NCBI GenBank assembly: GCA_046541715.1
Contig: JBKHCS010000002.1
Coordinates: 28,380-92,379, forward strand
From: Spirochaetaceae bacterium
GTDB lineage: Bacteria > Spirochaetota > Spirochaetia > DSM-27196 > PWMO01
DNA: 64,000 nucleotides
Direction of reading: 5' to 3'
This document shows, piece after piece, positions 56,601 to 64,000 of this stretch (positions are counted from its first letter, which is position 1; each line of letters starts with the position of its first letter). A program made the position numbers and the translations under genes. The notes under the pieces are model-generated. The model was not told the origin of the DNA. It saw only the letters and a list, made by a program, of their open reading frames with translations, and ran no database searches.

Positions 56601-57654
56601 AGACCGCTTCGTCGTACTCTATATCAATCTCCGGAGGGTCTCGGTCGATAACCCCGAGTGGGGCGTTAATGCCGGTTCCGAAGGCCCAGATGCCGTCGTG
56701 AAGGGGCGCCGCGGCGGCCCGGGTGTGCAATTCGCTCTGGTTCCACCCCTGCTGGGAGATAAGCGAATCGTCCTGAGGAATGTCCGTCGAGAACTTTACC
56801 GAAAGCCCGATCGAGGGCAGAAGGCTCCGACTCTCTACGCCGTCGGTAAAGAGCTCCCGGACATCTCCCCTCCATCCTCCGAAGAGGGAAACCCGGTCCT
56901 GGATCGTAAGCTCAGTCCCGACGGAGAGGCGAAAATTCTGGAAACTCGGAAGGGACACGGCGGAGTTTACCTCGAGGTCCACGCCGTCCCGGCGAAACGG
57001 CACGAAGGAGATTCCCGTGGCCGGCGTAAACGCCGAAGGCACCCCGGTACCCTCTACCGGGTTGTACGGAATCCCCATTCGTAAAAGGGAGAGACCCCAG
57101 CGGAAATCCATCAGGGGGCCGAGGTCTCCGGGGATGTACATAATCCCGAGGTCCCCGGCTACCCCGAAATCTCGGGAAGCATCTCCCCCGACGTCGGTGC
57201 TCAGGCCGACACCGAAGAGAAGGTCCGGGTAGAGGTCCTTCGAAAACGAGGCCCGGAGTCCAAGGGTCGTACCCAGATCGATGGGGTCCAAGTCGGTCCG
57301 GAGAAACTGAAGGCCACCGGTTATTACCCCTGCGCGGGTGGGAAACGAGGCGGCAAGGTTGCCGACATGCCCCTGCCACCCTTTGTTGGAGTCTCGATCA
57401 CCGAATCCCGTAAGACCGATATAGCTTGCGTCCAGGGTGGTCCGTTGCGTCAGACCGGAGGAGGCGGGGTTCATCGCGTCGGCCGTCGGTGATTCCAGCG
57501 AGGTAACCGAGAATCCTCTCCCCAGAAAGAGGGGCGAATAGAGGTCGTATCGGTCGTCGGCACCGGTGGGGGGATCGTAGGAGTATGCCGCCACCGGGGC
57601 GAAGACCATAGCCGAGAATACAAGAAGGCACGTAAGGCCGCTCAAGGTTTTCAT
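53623..57654 (-). CDS. giant OmpA-family envelope protein: signal peptide, N-terminal putative beta-barrel region, 8 FlgD-Ig-like domains and a C-terminal OmpA peptidoglycan-binding domain
   Basis: Signal peptide ...VFAPVAA/YS. Eight FSP(D/N)xDG...WDG...PDG.Y repeats lie between aa ~340 and 1215. C-terminal OmpA_C motifs (ITFEPDSPELL, LSRARAESVRDAL, NRRVEFIL). AGGAGG RBS. Confidence 0.85.
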   Translation of the reverse strand: MKTLSGLTCLLVFSAMVFAPVAAYSYDPPTGADDRYDLYSPLFLGRGFSVTSLESPTADAMNPASSGLTQRTTLDASYIGLTGFGDRDSNKGWQGHVGNLAASFPTRAGVITGGLQFLRTDLDPIDLGTTLGLRASFSKDLYPDLLFGVGLSTDVGGDASRDFGVAGDLGIMYIPGDLGPLMDFRWGLSLLRMGIPYNPVEGTGVPSAFTPATGISFVPFRRDGVDLEVNSAVSLPSFQNFRLSVGTELTIQDRVSLFGGWRGDVRELFTDGVESRSLLPSIGLSVKFSTDIPQDDSLISQQGWNQSELHTRAAAAPLHDGIWAFGTGINAPLGVIDRDPPEIDIEYDEAVYFSPNNDGVQDALEFPVSIVDERYVMGYRFSIYNSDGELVREIRNKEDRPENRTLENIVQRLLAVEEGIPIPETFRWGGRTDGGAVAPDGLYRFSVEAWDDNGNAAEEGPYEVTLDNTPPSAEIERLTQEDRIFSPDGDGRKDVLPLDQSGSVELRWKGEFLDNEGNVLREYEWLDAAPEAVRWDGQDGQGEVVPDGVYRYRLSSRDRAGNEFETGLDNIIVNTVPTPVRLSIDRSHFSPNADGVADTVVLDLDIPVTAGIVDWTVDIENSAGESVRRYSGLRTPPETVSFDGRDDEGDRLPEDSYRGRLTVRYQNGSRPVETSPSFVIDLTPPSATVRSDFSVFSPDGDGQRDRVRIFQEATEEELWVGEIRDSLGNVVRRYEWRENVEATITWDGRQTDGRPAPDGEYSYRLTATDRAGNTGRSAPIGLEIDTGETEVIISAEFDAFSPNADGTRDRIRIFPQILRNDDIVSYEFRVRNAAGNVVRTTRGNQPIREPFSWNGEDEAGLTVPDGRYRSDITVTYRNGNVEEAETDFFVVDTVPPRVDASVSTDLFSPDGDGRKDTVRIEQSSTDEPLWEARIVNAQGSVLRSYFWKGEVTDVAWDGTDESGNRVPDGTYTYVITASDEAGNSTEWRSPAITLDTRPTNVFVTADKTGFSPNNDGVVDEIELSVYANVLDGIDDWRLSMIHETEGAIRTFEGDTLLATNTIVWDGRSDDGRRVEGSYTAEFVVEYAKGNRPTGRTTPFELDITPPNVSIDLEPVPFSPDNDGVDDELNIFIDVTDASPIQGWQLEILDRNDSFFTEFSGRGMPADRLIWDGRAQNGELVISAEDYPYEFSISDALGNVRRIEGMIPVDILVVRDGDRLKVQISNITFEPDSPELLLDPTDERGAKNRAILRRLVEVFTKYDDYDIRVEGHAVNVTGTEREEREELQPLSRARAESVRDALIDEGLSPRRLSVLGRGGTEPIVPHTNLEERWKNRRVEFILIR
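54340..56247 (-). repeat. three tandem copies of a ~211-aa two-domain (A-B) Ig-like unit within the OmpA-family gene
   Basis: FSPDGDG(R/Q)(K/R)D-type domains start at aa 485, 696 and 907. They alternate with FSPN(A/N)DG-type domains at aa 589, 800 and 1010. The spacing is 104/107 aa. Confidence 0.8.
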
Positions 57655-57878
57655 TCATCCTCCTCCTGCTTGAGAACGTAACGCAACGCGGAGATCTTCT
57701 CCGGAACACGCGTCGGACCCTCCTGAAACGACTCTCCCTCTTCCACCGAAAGATGCGAGAAGAGCTCCCGCTCGAGGTTGTTGAATAGCGGGTGCAGTTC
57801 CCCCGGGAGAGCATCGCCGGATCCCTGGAGGACGGCGTAGAGTTGCGCGACCTGGGTCCCCGATAGGTAAATTGGCAC
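57651..57878 (-). CDS. small acidic hypothetical protein (75 aa)
   Basis: The GTG at 57878 follows TAAGGAG with 6-nt spacing. Its stop overlaps the ATG of the OmpA-family gene (ATGA). Confidence 0.5.
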   Translation of the reverse strand: MPIYLSGTQVAQLYAVLQGSGDALPGELHPLFNNLERELFSHLSVEEGESFQEGPTRVPEKISALRYVLKQEEDE

Positions 57879-57888
57879 GGATAGCTCC

Positions 57889-58833
57889 TTAGACGCTTAT
57901 CTCCGGTCCCTCTTCGGCAAGGAATACTTCCAGGGATTCGTTACCGAGGCGTTGGGCGTACCAACGCGCTGCTTGGAGATTCTTGTAGAGCTTCTTGTCA
58001 TCATACTGCGGTTCATGGTGAAACATGTACAACCTTCCCACGTGCCACGCAGTGGCGAACTCCACCCCGATACTGTAGGAGCTATGTCCCCAGTTGTACT
58101 TGTCCAACGCCTCCCCGAGGGTATACTGCGTGTCTAAGATTAAGACATCCGCACCCTCGAAGAAGTTACTGTTTTCTTCGGTGGTGTCAAAATCAGATCG
58201 TTCCAGTTCGACATCCGTGGCGTGAACCAGAACCCGGCCGCCGTCTTGAATCCGGTACCCGAAGGCCCCGAAAGGGTGATTCAAGGCGCGCCAGGTAATC
58301 CGGGCGCCGCCAATCTCGAGATGGTCTCCCTTCAGGACATGGAACCGTAGATTCGCGCCCATTTGCCCGGTCATGGTTATCGGAAAATAGGGGCGGGTCA
58401 TCTGGTTCTCAAGAGTCTTCTGGAACTCGGGCACCGGGCTGTAGAAGTTTACCGTGTTGGCGGGGTTGTACGCCGGGGCGAAGAAGGGAAGACCCTGGAT
58501 GTGGTCGTAGTGGAAATGGGTGTAGAGAATGTGATACTCGGTGGTCGTTTTCGGCTGCCGGGCGAAGTAGTTGGACAGACGGGCGATTCCGCTCCCGGCG
58601 TCGAAGATCAGCGACACACCACTCGAGAGACGAACCTCCACGCAGGCCGTATTGCCGCTTACCGCACCAAAGAGCCACGGCGGCAAGGAGGCCAAGAACC
58701 GCTCTCGGCAGGTCGCGTCGGCGATATCCGAAGGGCGTACCCGTTGTATGACGCTGGCAATCCGGCTCCGGATTTCGTCCCCTGTGGTCGGTGTCGGGTA
58801 GGAGCCCCGGGCGCCCCAGAAACGAAGAATCAT
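57889..58833 (-). CDS. MBL-fold metallo-hydrolase
   Basis: The ATG at 58833 gives MILRFWGARGS. Metal motif YTHFHYDHIQG, with later H and D ligands. Confidence 0.85.
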   Translation of the reverse strand: MILRFWGARGSYPTPTTGDEIRSRIASVIQRVRPSDIADATCRERFLASLPPWLFGAVSGNTACVEVRLSSGVSLIFDAGSGIARLSNYFARQPKTTTEYHILYTHFHYDHIQGLPFFAPAYNPANTVNFYSPVPEFQKTLENQMTRPYFPITMTGQMGANLRFHVLKGDHLEIGGARITWRALNHPFGAFGYRIQDGGRVLVHATDVELERSDFDTTEENSNFFEGADVLILDTQYTLGEALDKYNWGHSSYSIGVEFATAWHVGRLYMFHHEPQYDDKKLYKNLQAARWYAQRLGNESLEVFLAEEGPEISV

Positions 58834-58837
58834 CGGC

Positions 58838-59278
58838 CTACCCCTCGAGGAGTGGTTCCCTCCGGCGTTCTTCCAAGAGGGAATCAATGTCATCTGCGGA
58901 GTGGAGCTCTCCGACGTTTATGCCGGGACAGTACCGCCGCTCGGCGTCCCAATTAGCCCGGGACGCAAGCGTCGGGGACCAAAAGGGATAGGTGCGGCAT
59001 TGAAGAGGACGCCCTTCGTACACCGAGCACTCGCCGTTTCGCCAAAAGACGCAGTCGAAGTTGGGCTGCTCCTTCAGCGAAAGGCGAGGAACCAAGGTGG
59101 TATGGACTTCCCGGCAGTAGCGTGCCTTTACTTCCTGCTCGGTGATCCCGAGGTAAAGGCTAAGACGGCGCAGGTCGCTCGCCGAGAGAAAGACATAACC
59201 GGAATCGAAGCGGCAACAGAGGGAACAGCGCGTGCAGGAAAACCGTAGCCCGTTCTTGTAGAAGCTGTTTTCGGTCAT
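58838..59278 (-). CDS. YkgJ-family cysteine-cluster protein
   Basis: CTRCSLCC (CxxCxxCC) motif, plus a second Cys cluster C..W....C...RP..CR.YPF. Confidence 0.85.
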   Translation of the reverse strand: MTENSFYKNGLRFSCTRCSLCCRFDSGYVFLSASDLRRLSLYLGITEQEVKARYCREVHTTLVPRLSLKEQPNFDCVFWRNGECSVYEGRPLQCRTYPFWSPTLASRANWDAERRYCPGINVGELHSADDIDSLLEERRREPLLEG

Positions 59279-59305
59279 CGTCCCTGAGGAACGTAAGGGG
59301 TTATG

Positions 59306-59388
59306 TGGGGAGTGTAGGATTCGAACCTACGAAGGCGTATGCCAACAGATTTACAGTCTGCCCCCTTTGACCGCTCGGGAAACTCCCC
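59306..59388 (-). tRNA. tRNA-Tyr (GTA), long variable arm, no encoded CCA
   Basis: Minus strand GGGGAGT TT CCCG AGCGGTCAAA GGGG GCAGA CTGTAAA TCTGT ... GTAGG TTCGAAT CCTAC ACTCCCC A. It is nearly collinear with E. coli tyrT. Confidence 0.95.
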
Positions 59389-59430
59389 AAAATGCATCCG
59401 GAAAACTATCACGAGGCACCCGGACCGTCA

Positions 59431-59504
59431 AGCCATCTGTCGGATTCGAACCGACGACCCCGAGATTACAAATCACGTGCTCTGACCGACTGAGCTAAGA
59501 TGGC
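59431..59504 (-). tRNA. tRNA-Thr (TGT), no encoded CCA
   Basis: Minus strand GCCATCT TA GCTC AGTCGGTCA GAGC A CGTGA TTTGTAA TCTCG GGGTC GTCGG TTCGAAT CCGAC AGATGGC T. There is one T-T mismatch in the anticodon stem. Confidence 0.92.
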
Positions 59505-59519
59505 GTGCGGACGGAAGCT

Positions 59520-59549
59520 AATCTATCGGCAGCATTGGGTGGCTGTCAA
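59520..59549 (-). promoter_or_regulatory. candidate sigma70-type promoter for the tRNA-Thr/tRNA-Tyr transcription unit
   Basis: On the minus strand: TTGACA (59549-59544, overlapping the map stop), an 18-nt spacer, then TAGATT (59525-59520). It lies about 15 nt upstream of the tRNA-Thr 5' end. Confidence 0.4.
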
Positions 59550-60343
59550 TTCCCGGCGAGATAGTATGGTGGGAAGTCCGTCGGGAGCCCGCCGAGCTCT
59601 TTCGGGACCGTAAGTATCTCGTTCCGTTCGTGGTGCACCGCGACGGTGTGCTCGAATTGGGCGGTTAGCGCTCCGTCGGCCGTCACGTAGGACCAGCCGT
59701 CCCCGAGAAGCTGAACCCTGCCGCTTCCGAGGGTGACCACCGGCTCGATATTCAGAACCATCCCGGCGACAATCTCGTCTCCTGTTCCCGCCTGGCCCGT
59801 TGCGGGAATCGACGGAGGTTCGTGGAGACTCCGTCCGATTCCGTGGCCGCTGAACTCCGACACGACGTTGCACCCAAACTGTTTGGCCGCCTGGGCGATA
59901 GCAAATCCGACGTCGCCGATCCGCCGTCCCGGGCGGCACATGGCCACCCCCGCTAGACTCGCACGCCAGGCGGCCCGCAGGAGGCGCCTCTGGTCCGGAG
60001 TCTCGCTGGTTACGACGTAGGTCCAGGCGCCGTCTCCCTTCCACTCCTGGATCCCGGCACTGACGTCTACGGTCAGAATATCCCCGACGTCGAGGGCTTG
60101 ATCGCTCGGAATGCCGTGGGCCGCGACGTTGTTCACCGAGGTACAGACGGCCCCGGGAAAACCGCGATATCCCTGCTGGACGACCTCGGCATTGTTCCTT
60201 TCGAGAAAGCTCACGCAGAAGGACTCGATCTGTTTGGTGGTTATGCCGGGACGGATTACCGAAGGGAGTCCCCGAAAGAGCTTCGCAAGGAGCTGGGCCG
60301 GTTTGGCAAGGCGAAGAATGTCGACGGAGGTCTTTACGCTCAT
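59546..60343 (-). CDS. map: type I methionine aminopeptidase
   Basis: Motifs GYRGFPGAVCTSVNNVAAHGIP, DILTVDV, GHGIGRSLHE and FEHTV. Confidence 0.95.
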   Translation of the reverse strand: MSVKTSVDILRLAKPAQLLAKLFRGLPSVIRPGITTKQIESFCVSFLERNNAEVVQQGYRGFPGAVCTSVNNVAAHGIPSDQALDVGDILTVDVSAGIQEWKGDGAWTYVVTSETPDQRRLLRAAWRASLAGVAMCRPGRRIGDVGFAIAQAAKQFGCNVVSEFSGHGIGRSLHEPPSIPATGQAGTGDEIVAGMVLNIEPVVTLGSGRVQLLGDGWSYVTADGALTAQFEHTVAVHHERNEILTVPKELGGLPTDFPPYYLAGN

Positions 60344-60735
60344 CGTCGAGCTTCCTCGAGTGACACCGATAGATCCGGCCTGAGGGAGGCGGCACCCTCG
60401 AGGTAGCAGTGGGCCGGCCGGCTCCAGTAGGCACGGCTCCAGAATGGGGCCCTGCAGAGAAGGAGAACCCGGACCGTTCTCGGGAGAGAATCAGGGTAGA
60501 CCGGTTCCTGGGTACAGAAAAGGGGCGCCTTGTCGAAACCGCCTTTCCGGAGGGCCGTCGCGGGATTGGCATTCCGGAGATCTCCGGTTTGAGAAAAGAC
60601 AACCTGAATAATCCGGTGCGGCAAGATGCGGTTCTTTGCCGATAACTCGCCAAGCAGTCTACCGACGGCAAGCTCCATCGCGTCCTTGCTATCTTCCCGG
60701 AGCTGGATCGCTCCCCGGAGGGCGTAGATCTTCAT
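60340..60735 (-). CDS. aroH: AroH-class chorismate mutase
   Basis: 131 aa, collinear with B. subtilis AroH (IYALRGA, FSQTGDL, PATALR, CTQE, RVLLL, LRPDLS). Its stop overlaps the map ATG. Confidence 0.82.
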   Translation of the reverse strand: MKIYALRGAIQLREDSKDAMELAVGRLLGELSAKNRILPHRIIQVVFSQTGDLRNANPATALRKGGFDKAPLFCTQEPVYPDSLPRTVRVLLLCRAPFWSRAYWSRPAHCYLEGAASLRPDLSVSLEEARR

Positions 60736-60748
60736 ACCGCTCTCAATA

Positions 60749-61138
60749 CTACGGATAGGGCCCGAGAAAGACTACCAGCATTTCTACCAGGAGCCAGAGA
60801 GAGGCACCGAAAAGTGCGGTAATTGCCCCGAAAACAAGGCGCCCGAGAAGCAGATGGTGTCTCTTGAGACTCCAGGCCGCCGCAAGAACCGTGTAATAGA
60901 GGCTTGCAATCGAAGAGACACCAGCGGCCGACTTTAGGAGCGTTAACAAGAGGCGCTGGGTGGAATCGAGAAAATCCTGGTAGCTTCCAATGATGTAGAG
61001 GCTCAGCGCGAGAAGAGCCAACACCAGCAAGAAAACCGAAAGACTCTCTACCAGGCGGAGCGCGAGAGAGAGGAAGGATCGGCCGTGGGAGTGATGAGCC
61101 TCTTGCTCCGTGGTCTTCATCGGCTGAGTTGAAAGCAC
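60749..61138 (-). CDS. small polytopic membrane protein, unknown function
   Basis: Three or four hydrophobic helices. The start is GTG 61138 or ATG 61120. Confidence 0.55.
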   Translation of the reverse strand: MLSTQPMKTTEQEAHHSHGRSFLSLALRLVESLSVFLLVLALLALSLYIIGSYQDFLDSTQRLLLTLLKSAAGVSSIASLYYTVLAAAWSLKRHHLLLGRLVFGAITALFGASLWLLVEMLVVFLGPYP

Positions 61139-61163
61139 CTTCGGTTTACCATACTATGAATAT

Positions 61164-62087
61164 ATGCCCGGGGCGAACGGCGAAGCGTCCGATCTATTGG
61201 ATATCATCCGGAGACACACGACGTCCCTCGAGCCGATTCCAACCGATGTGGAGCCCTCCGGCTCCCTGGGTCGCGGAGAAGTTCGCACGGTTCTCTTCGA
61301 TGTTTACGGTACCCTCCTTGTTTCCGATTCCGGAGACGTCGGAACGGCCCGGGAAACGGTGGGCTCCGACCCATTTACCCGGGCTCTTTCGAGTTTCGGC
61401 GAGAAGCACCGAGTTCGTAATGCTCCCGCGGCGGGAGAGGTGGCCCGGGACGGCTTTTTCGAGGAAATCGAATCGGAGCACACGGTCAAAATCGAAGGGG
61501 GGACCGACCATCCGGAGGTGGACATCCGGGAAATCTGGCGGAAGGTGTGGATCCGCCTCGGAGACTCCGGGCTTGTGGAATACGGCCCCCTAGCCGAAGC
61601 GAGCATCGAGGAATTGGCCCTCTACTACGAGCTCTACAGCAATCCGACCTACCCGATGCCCCGATCCCGGCAGACGCTTGAAGCGCTCCGGGACGCAGGC
61701 GTTCGCCTCGGGATTGTTTCGAACGCTCAGTTCTTTACCCCCCTGCTCTTTCCCGGACAGATCGGCGCAACGACCGAGGAGCTGGGATTCGAGGAAGACT
61801 TGTTGATGTGGTCCTTCGAAGAAGGTGTCGCCAAGCCTTCGGCCGATATCTTCGGGCGGCTTCTCGATAGGGTCGGCGACCTCGACCCCTCGACGGCGCT
61901 CTACGTGGGAAACGATATGCTCAACGATATTGCCGCCGCGGCCTCCTGCGGCTTCAAGACCTGTCTCTTCGCCGGGGATAGGCGGTCCCTTCGCCTCCGA
62001 TCCGACGAAGAGCGATGCGCCGGCGTCGTCCCCGACTTGCGAATTACCTCGCTCGAACAGATTCCCGAGAAGATAAAGGTGACCTGA
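61164..62087 (+). CDS. HAD-superfamily hydrolase (haloacid-dehalogenase-like, DxYGT motif I)
   Basis: Motif I VLFDVYGTLL, motif II IVSNA, and motif III/IV K....YVGNDMLNDI. Confidence 0.72.
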   Translation: MPGANGEASDLLDIIRRHTTSLEPIPTDVEPSGSLGRGEVRTVLFDVYGTLLVSDSGDVGTARETVGSDPFTRALSSFGEKHRVRNAPAAGEVARDGFFEEIESEHTVKIEGGTDHPEVDIREIWRKVWIRLGDSGLVEYGPLAEASIEELALYYELYSNPTYPMPRSRQTLEALRDAGVRLGIVSNAQFFTPLLFPGQIGATTEELGFEEDLLMWSFEEGVAKPSADIFGRLLDRVGDLDPSTALYVGNDMLNDIAAAASCGFKTCLFAGDRRSLRLRSDEERCAGVVPDLRITSLEQIPEKIKVT

Positions 62088-62089
62088 CT

Positions 62090-62941
62090 ATGAGAAAAGC
62101 AATAGTTATTCTGATTGTTCTTATTCTTGCCGGTGGGACGGCCTTCTACTTCGGCTGGGTCCAGTTTCGGCTGCCCCCGGGGACCGTCGGAGTGGTCTTT
62201 ACCAAGACCTCCGGCTGGGACTCGGAGGTCATCGACGCCGGAGAGTTCTCCTGGCGGTGGGAGGCCCTGCTCCCGACCAATCTGACCCTCCATATGGTGG
62301 ACATTGATCCGGTTACGGTGGGCGTCTCCTCCACGGGGAATCTTCCGTCGGGCCCCCTCTACGGCGGTTTTCTCGAAGGCTCGCCTACCTTCGAGTACGA
62401 GGTACGGTTCGATGTAACCTACCGCATTAACCCGGAGGAGCTTCCCCGACTCCTTGAAGAGGGTGTTGTCGAGGGGAGCGACGTTGCCGACTGGTACGAT
62501 AGCATGAACGATTCCATCGAAGCAGAGGCCCTCGAGTTGGTCTCCGAGGCGATGGAGTCGGTGTCCGAGACGTCCGCCGGCGAGCGGGTCTCACTGTTTG
62601 CCGAGTCAATGGAGGAGCGCCTAGTCGGCGCCGTTCCGGATGCCGAAATAGTATCGGTTCTTCCCCGGCGGATTTCGTTGCCCGATATCGGCCTATACCG
62701 GGAGGCCCGGGAGCTCTACCTCGGAGCGATGGAAGTACGGGGGGAAGCAATCGAAGAGGCTATGGCATCGGCTTCCACCGAAGAGGTCTTCGAGGAGGCC
62801 CGCCTTGCAACGCTTCGACGATACGGTGAGGTGCTCTCGGAGTACCCCGTGTTGCTGGAGTATTTCAGTCTCGGAGCGGAAGAGGGAGTCGACCCCCTGA
62901 ATCTCGGACGGCTGAGGCCCGAAGGGGCGCAGGAAGAGTAG
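62090..62941 (+). CDS. membrane-anchored hypothetical protein (possibly SPFH-like)
   Basis: The ATG at 62090 gives MRKAIVILIVLILAGGTAFYFGW (N-terminal TM), followed by a soluble domain. No diagnostic motif. Confidence 0.55.
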   Translation: MRKAIVILIVLILAGGTAFYFGWVQFRLPPGTVGVVFTKTSGWDSEVIDAGEFSWRWEALLPTNLTLHMVDIDPVTVGVSSTGNLPSGPLYGGFLEGSPTFEYEVRFDVTYRINPEELPRLLEEGVVEGSDVADWYDSMNDSIEAEALELVSEAMESVSETSAGERVSLFAESMEERLVGAVPDAEIVSVLPRRISLPDIGLYREARELYLGAMEVRGEAIEEAMASASTEEVFEEARLATLRRYGEVLSEYPVLLEYFSLGAEEGVDPLNLGRLRPEGAQEE

Positions 62942-62948
62942 CGAGGTC

Positions 62949-64000
62949 TTAACCGCCCTCCTCTATCGTAAGGAGGTGCATGATGGCCCGGCGGGCCGTC
63001 GATATGCGTTTCGCCTTCGCGGCGATCGTCTCGTCGATCGTTCCCCCTGCCAGGGAGGAGTGCGCGTTGAGCCGCTCCTTTACCGAGGGGCTCGCCGCCT
63101 CGGGGATCTCTCGAAGGAGGTCTTCGACGTGTTGTAGGTCGGATAACCCATCTTCTAAGAGCGTCTTGGCCTGACGATCTACCCCGGCGACGAAGTTGCG
63201 GTAGGTGGGATGGAGGGACGAATCCTTCTCCGCTCCGTGGCGGAGGCGGAACAAGGTCTTACCGTTTTCGAGGTCCGGAGCGAAAGTGCGGTCGAGGGCC
63301 CGGATACGCTCCCCAATGTCGACGAGTCCGTTTGTATGAAGCAAGAGGTCGTTCGCCGCCTCCCGGCGCCGAGTGGGAAAGAGCCGGGCGACGTGCCGGA
63401 TAAACTCCTGGTCCGAGTCGGTAAATATAATCCGGATGAAGTTGTAGAGAATGTTGAGGGACTTAACGTACCGAATCGCCGGGAGGCCAAGTTCCCGTAG
63501 GTTTCCTACGGACATGGTCCCGTAGTGCTGGAAGGGAGGGGGATCCGCCGGAAAGACATCCTGAATGAGCCGGCCGATGGCCCCCATGCGAATATCTTCA
63601 AGGCGCTCGTCGAGTTGAGATAAAACCGAAATGTGGAGCGAATCGGCGTAGAACCCCCGAATGTTTAGAGACGGTAGATACGCAACGAACCGGTAATAGG
63701 GATCCTGCCTTATGTAGCGGATAAGGTCCCCCACCGGAACCGCCCGGCGAAAGCGGGAGACCGCCGCGATTAGCCGGTCGAAGTAGCCCTGTAACTGGTC
63801 GGTCTCCAAGGGGACAACTTCGTCATCCCCCGCGGAGAGATGAATCGATTCAAGAAGGTCCTTCGGAACTCGGTCGCCTTTTCCAAGGCGGGAGGACGCG
63901 TAGAGGGCATAGTACATCAACTCCAGCTTCTCCACGACCGCCGACGCAGCCGCCGGTTTGAAGGTCGGCTCGGTATCCTCCTGCGGTGGCTCGTCTCCGA
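62949..64000 (-). CDS. hypothetical protein, probably 5'-truncated by the window edge
   Basis: The frame is open from 62949 to the window end. The first in-window start is GTG 63935. I recognise no motif. Confidence 0.5.
   Translation of the reverse strand, partial: GDEPPQEDTEPTFKPAAASAVVEKLELMYYALYASSRLGKGDRVPKDLLESIHLSAGDDEVVPLETDQLQGYFDRLIAAVSRFRRAVPVGDLIRYIRQDPYYRFVAYLPSLNIRGFYADSLHISVLSQLDERLEDIRMGAIGRLIQDVFPADPPPFQHYGTMSVGNLRELGLPAIRYVKSLNILYNFIRIIFTDSDQEFIRHVARLFPTRRREAANDLLLHTNGLVDIGERIRALDRTFAPDLENGKTLFRLRHGAEKDSSLHPTYRNFVAGVDRQAKTLLEDGLSDLQHVEDLLREIPEAASPSVKERLNAHSSLAGGTIDETIAAKAKRISTARRAIMHLLTIEEGG

Noticed and set aside
59523-60671. 382-aa Arg-rich ORF on the same strand as map and aroH in another frame
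   Set aside because: It overlaps two well-supported genes completely. Its composition (R/P/G/S) is typical of off-frame translation of GC-rich coding sequence.
1-64000. Window-wide look for mobile elements, prophage genes, CRISPR arrays, toxin-antitoxin pairs or known defence-system signatures
   Set aside because: No transposase, integrase, recombinase or phage-like translations. No terminal inverted repeats, and no repeat-spacer arrays. The tRNA genes are not flanked by an insertion. The window reads as conserved core chromosome.

Overview
This 64-kb chromosomal window comes from a high-GC bacterium, most likely a spirochaete. The evidence for that is a ~900-aa long-form GreA, the envelope gene set and the gene order. 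The window is almost entirely housekeeping genes. They include rimP-nusA-infB-rbfA-truB-rpsO-pnp-dut, two lptF/G-family permeases with tgt and murJ, prs, and recA-folK-scpA-scpB-rluB-cmk-rpsA. They also include mazG, the mreB-mreC-mreD-mrdA-rodA elongasome operon, dnaG-rpoD, map and aroH. Non-coding genes are tRNA-Thr(UGU), tRNA-Tyr(GUA) and an RNase P RNA (rnpB, about 48668-49036, minus strand). The ORF track masks rnpB with spurious plus-strand ORFs. I found no transposase, integrase, phage gene, CRISPR array, toxin-antitoxin pair or recognisable defence system, so I cannot point to an obvious new system of that kind. The best candidates for under-described biology are: (1) a five-gene module of a GAF-sigma54 activator, a TM-TPR protein, a CHASE2 nucleotidyl cyclase, a lipoprotein and a small membrane protein (33077-38602); (2) a 1343-aa protein with signal peptide, putative barrel, eight Ig-like domains and an OmpA domain, sitting just upstream of dnaG-rpoD; (3) a fused TIGR03960/TIGR03936-type radical SAM protein translationally coupled to rodA at the end of the elongasome operon; (4) a DnaG whose zinc-ribbon ligands are mostly substituted; (5) a zinc-ribbon protein with a ~120-aa poly-acidic tail ending 13 nt before rnpB; (6) a lipoprotein whose signal peptide has no canonical start codon. 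All functional calls rest on motif recognition by eye in the supplied translations. No database search was run.
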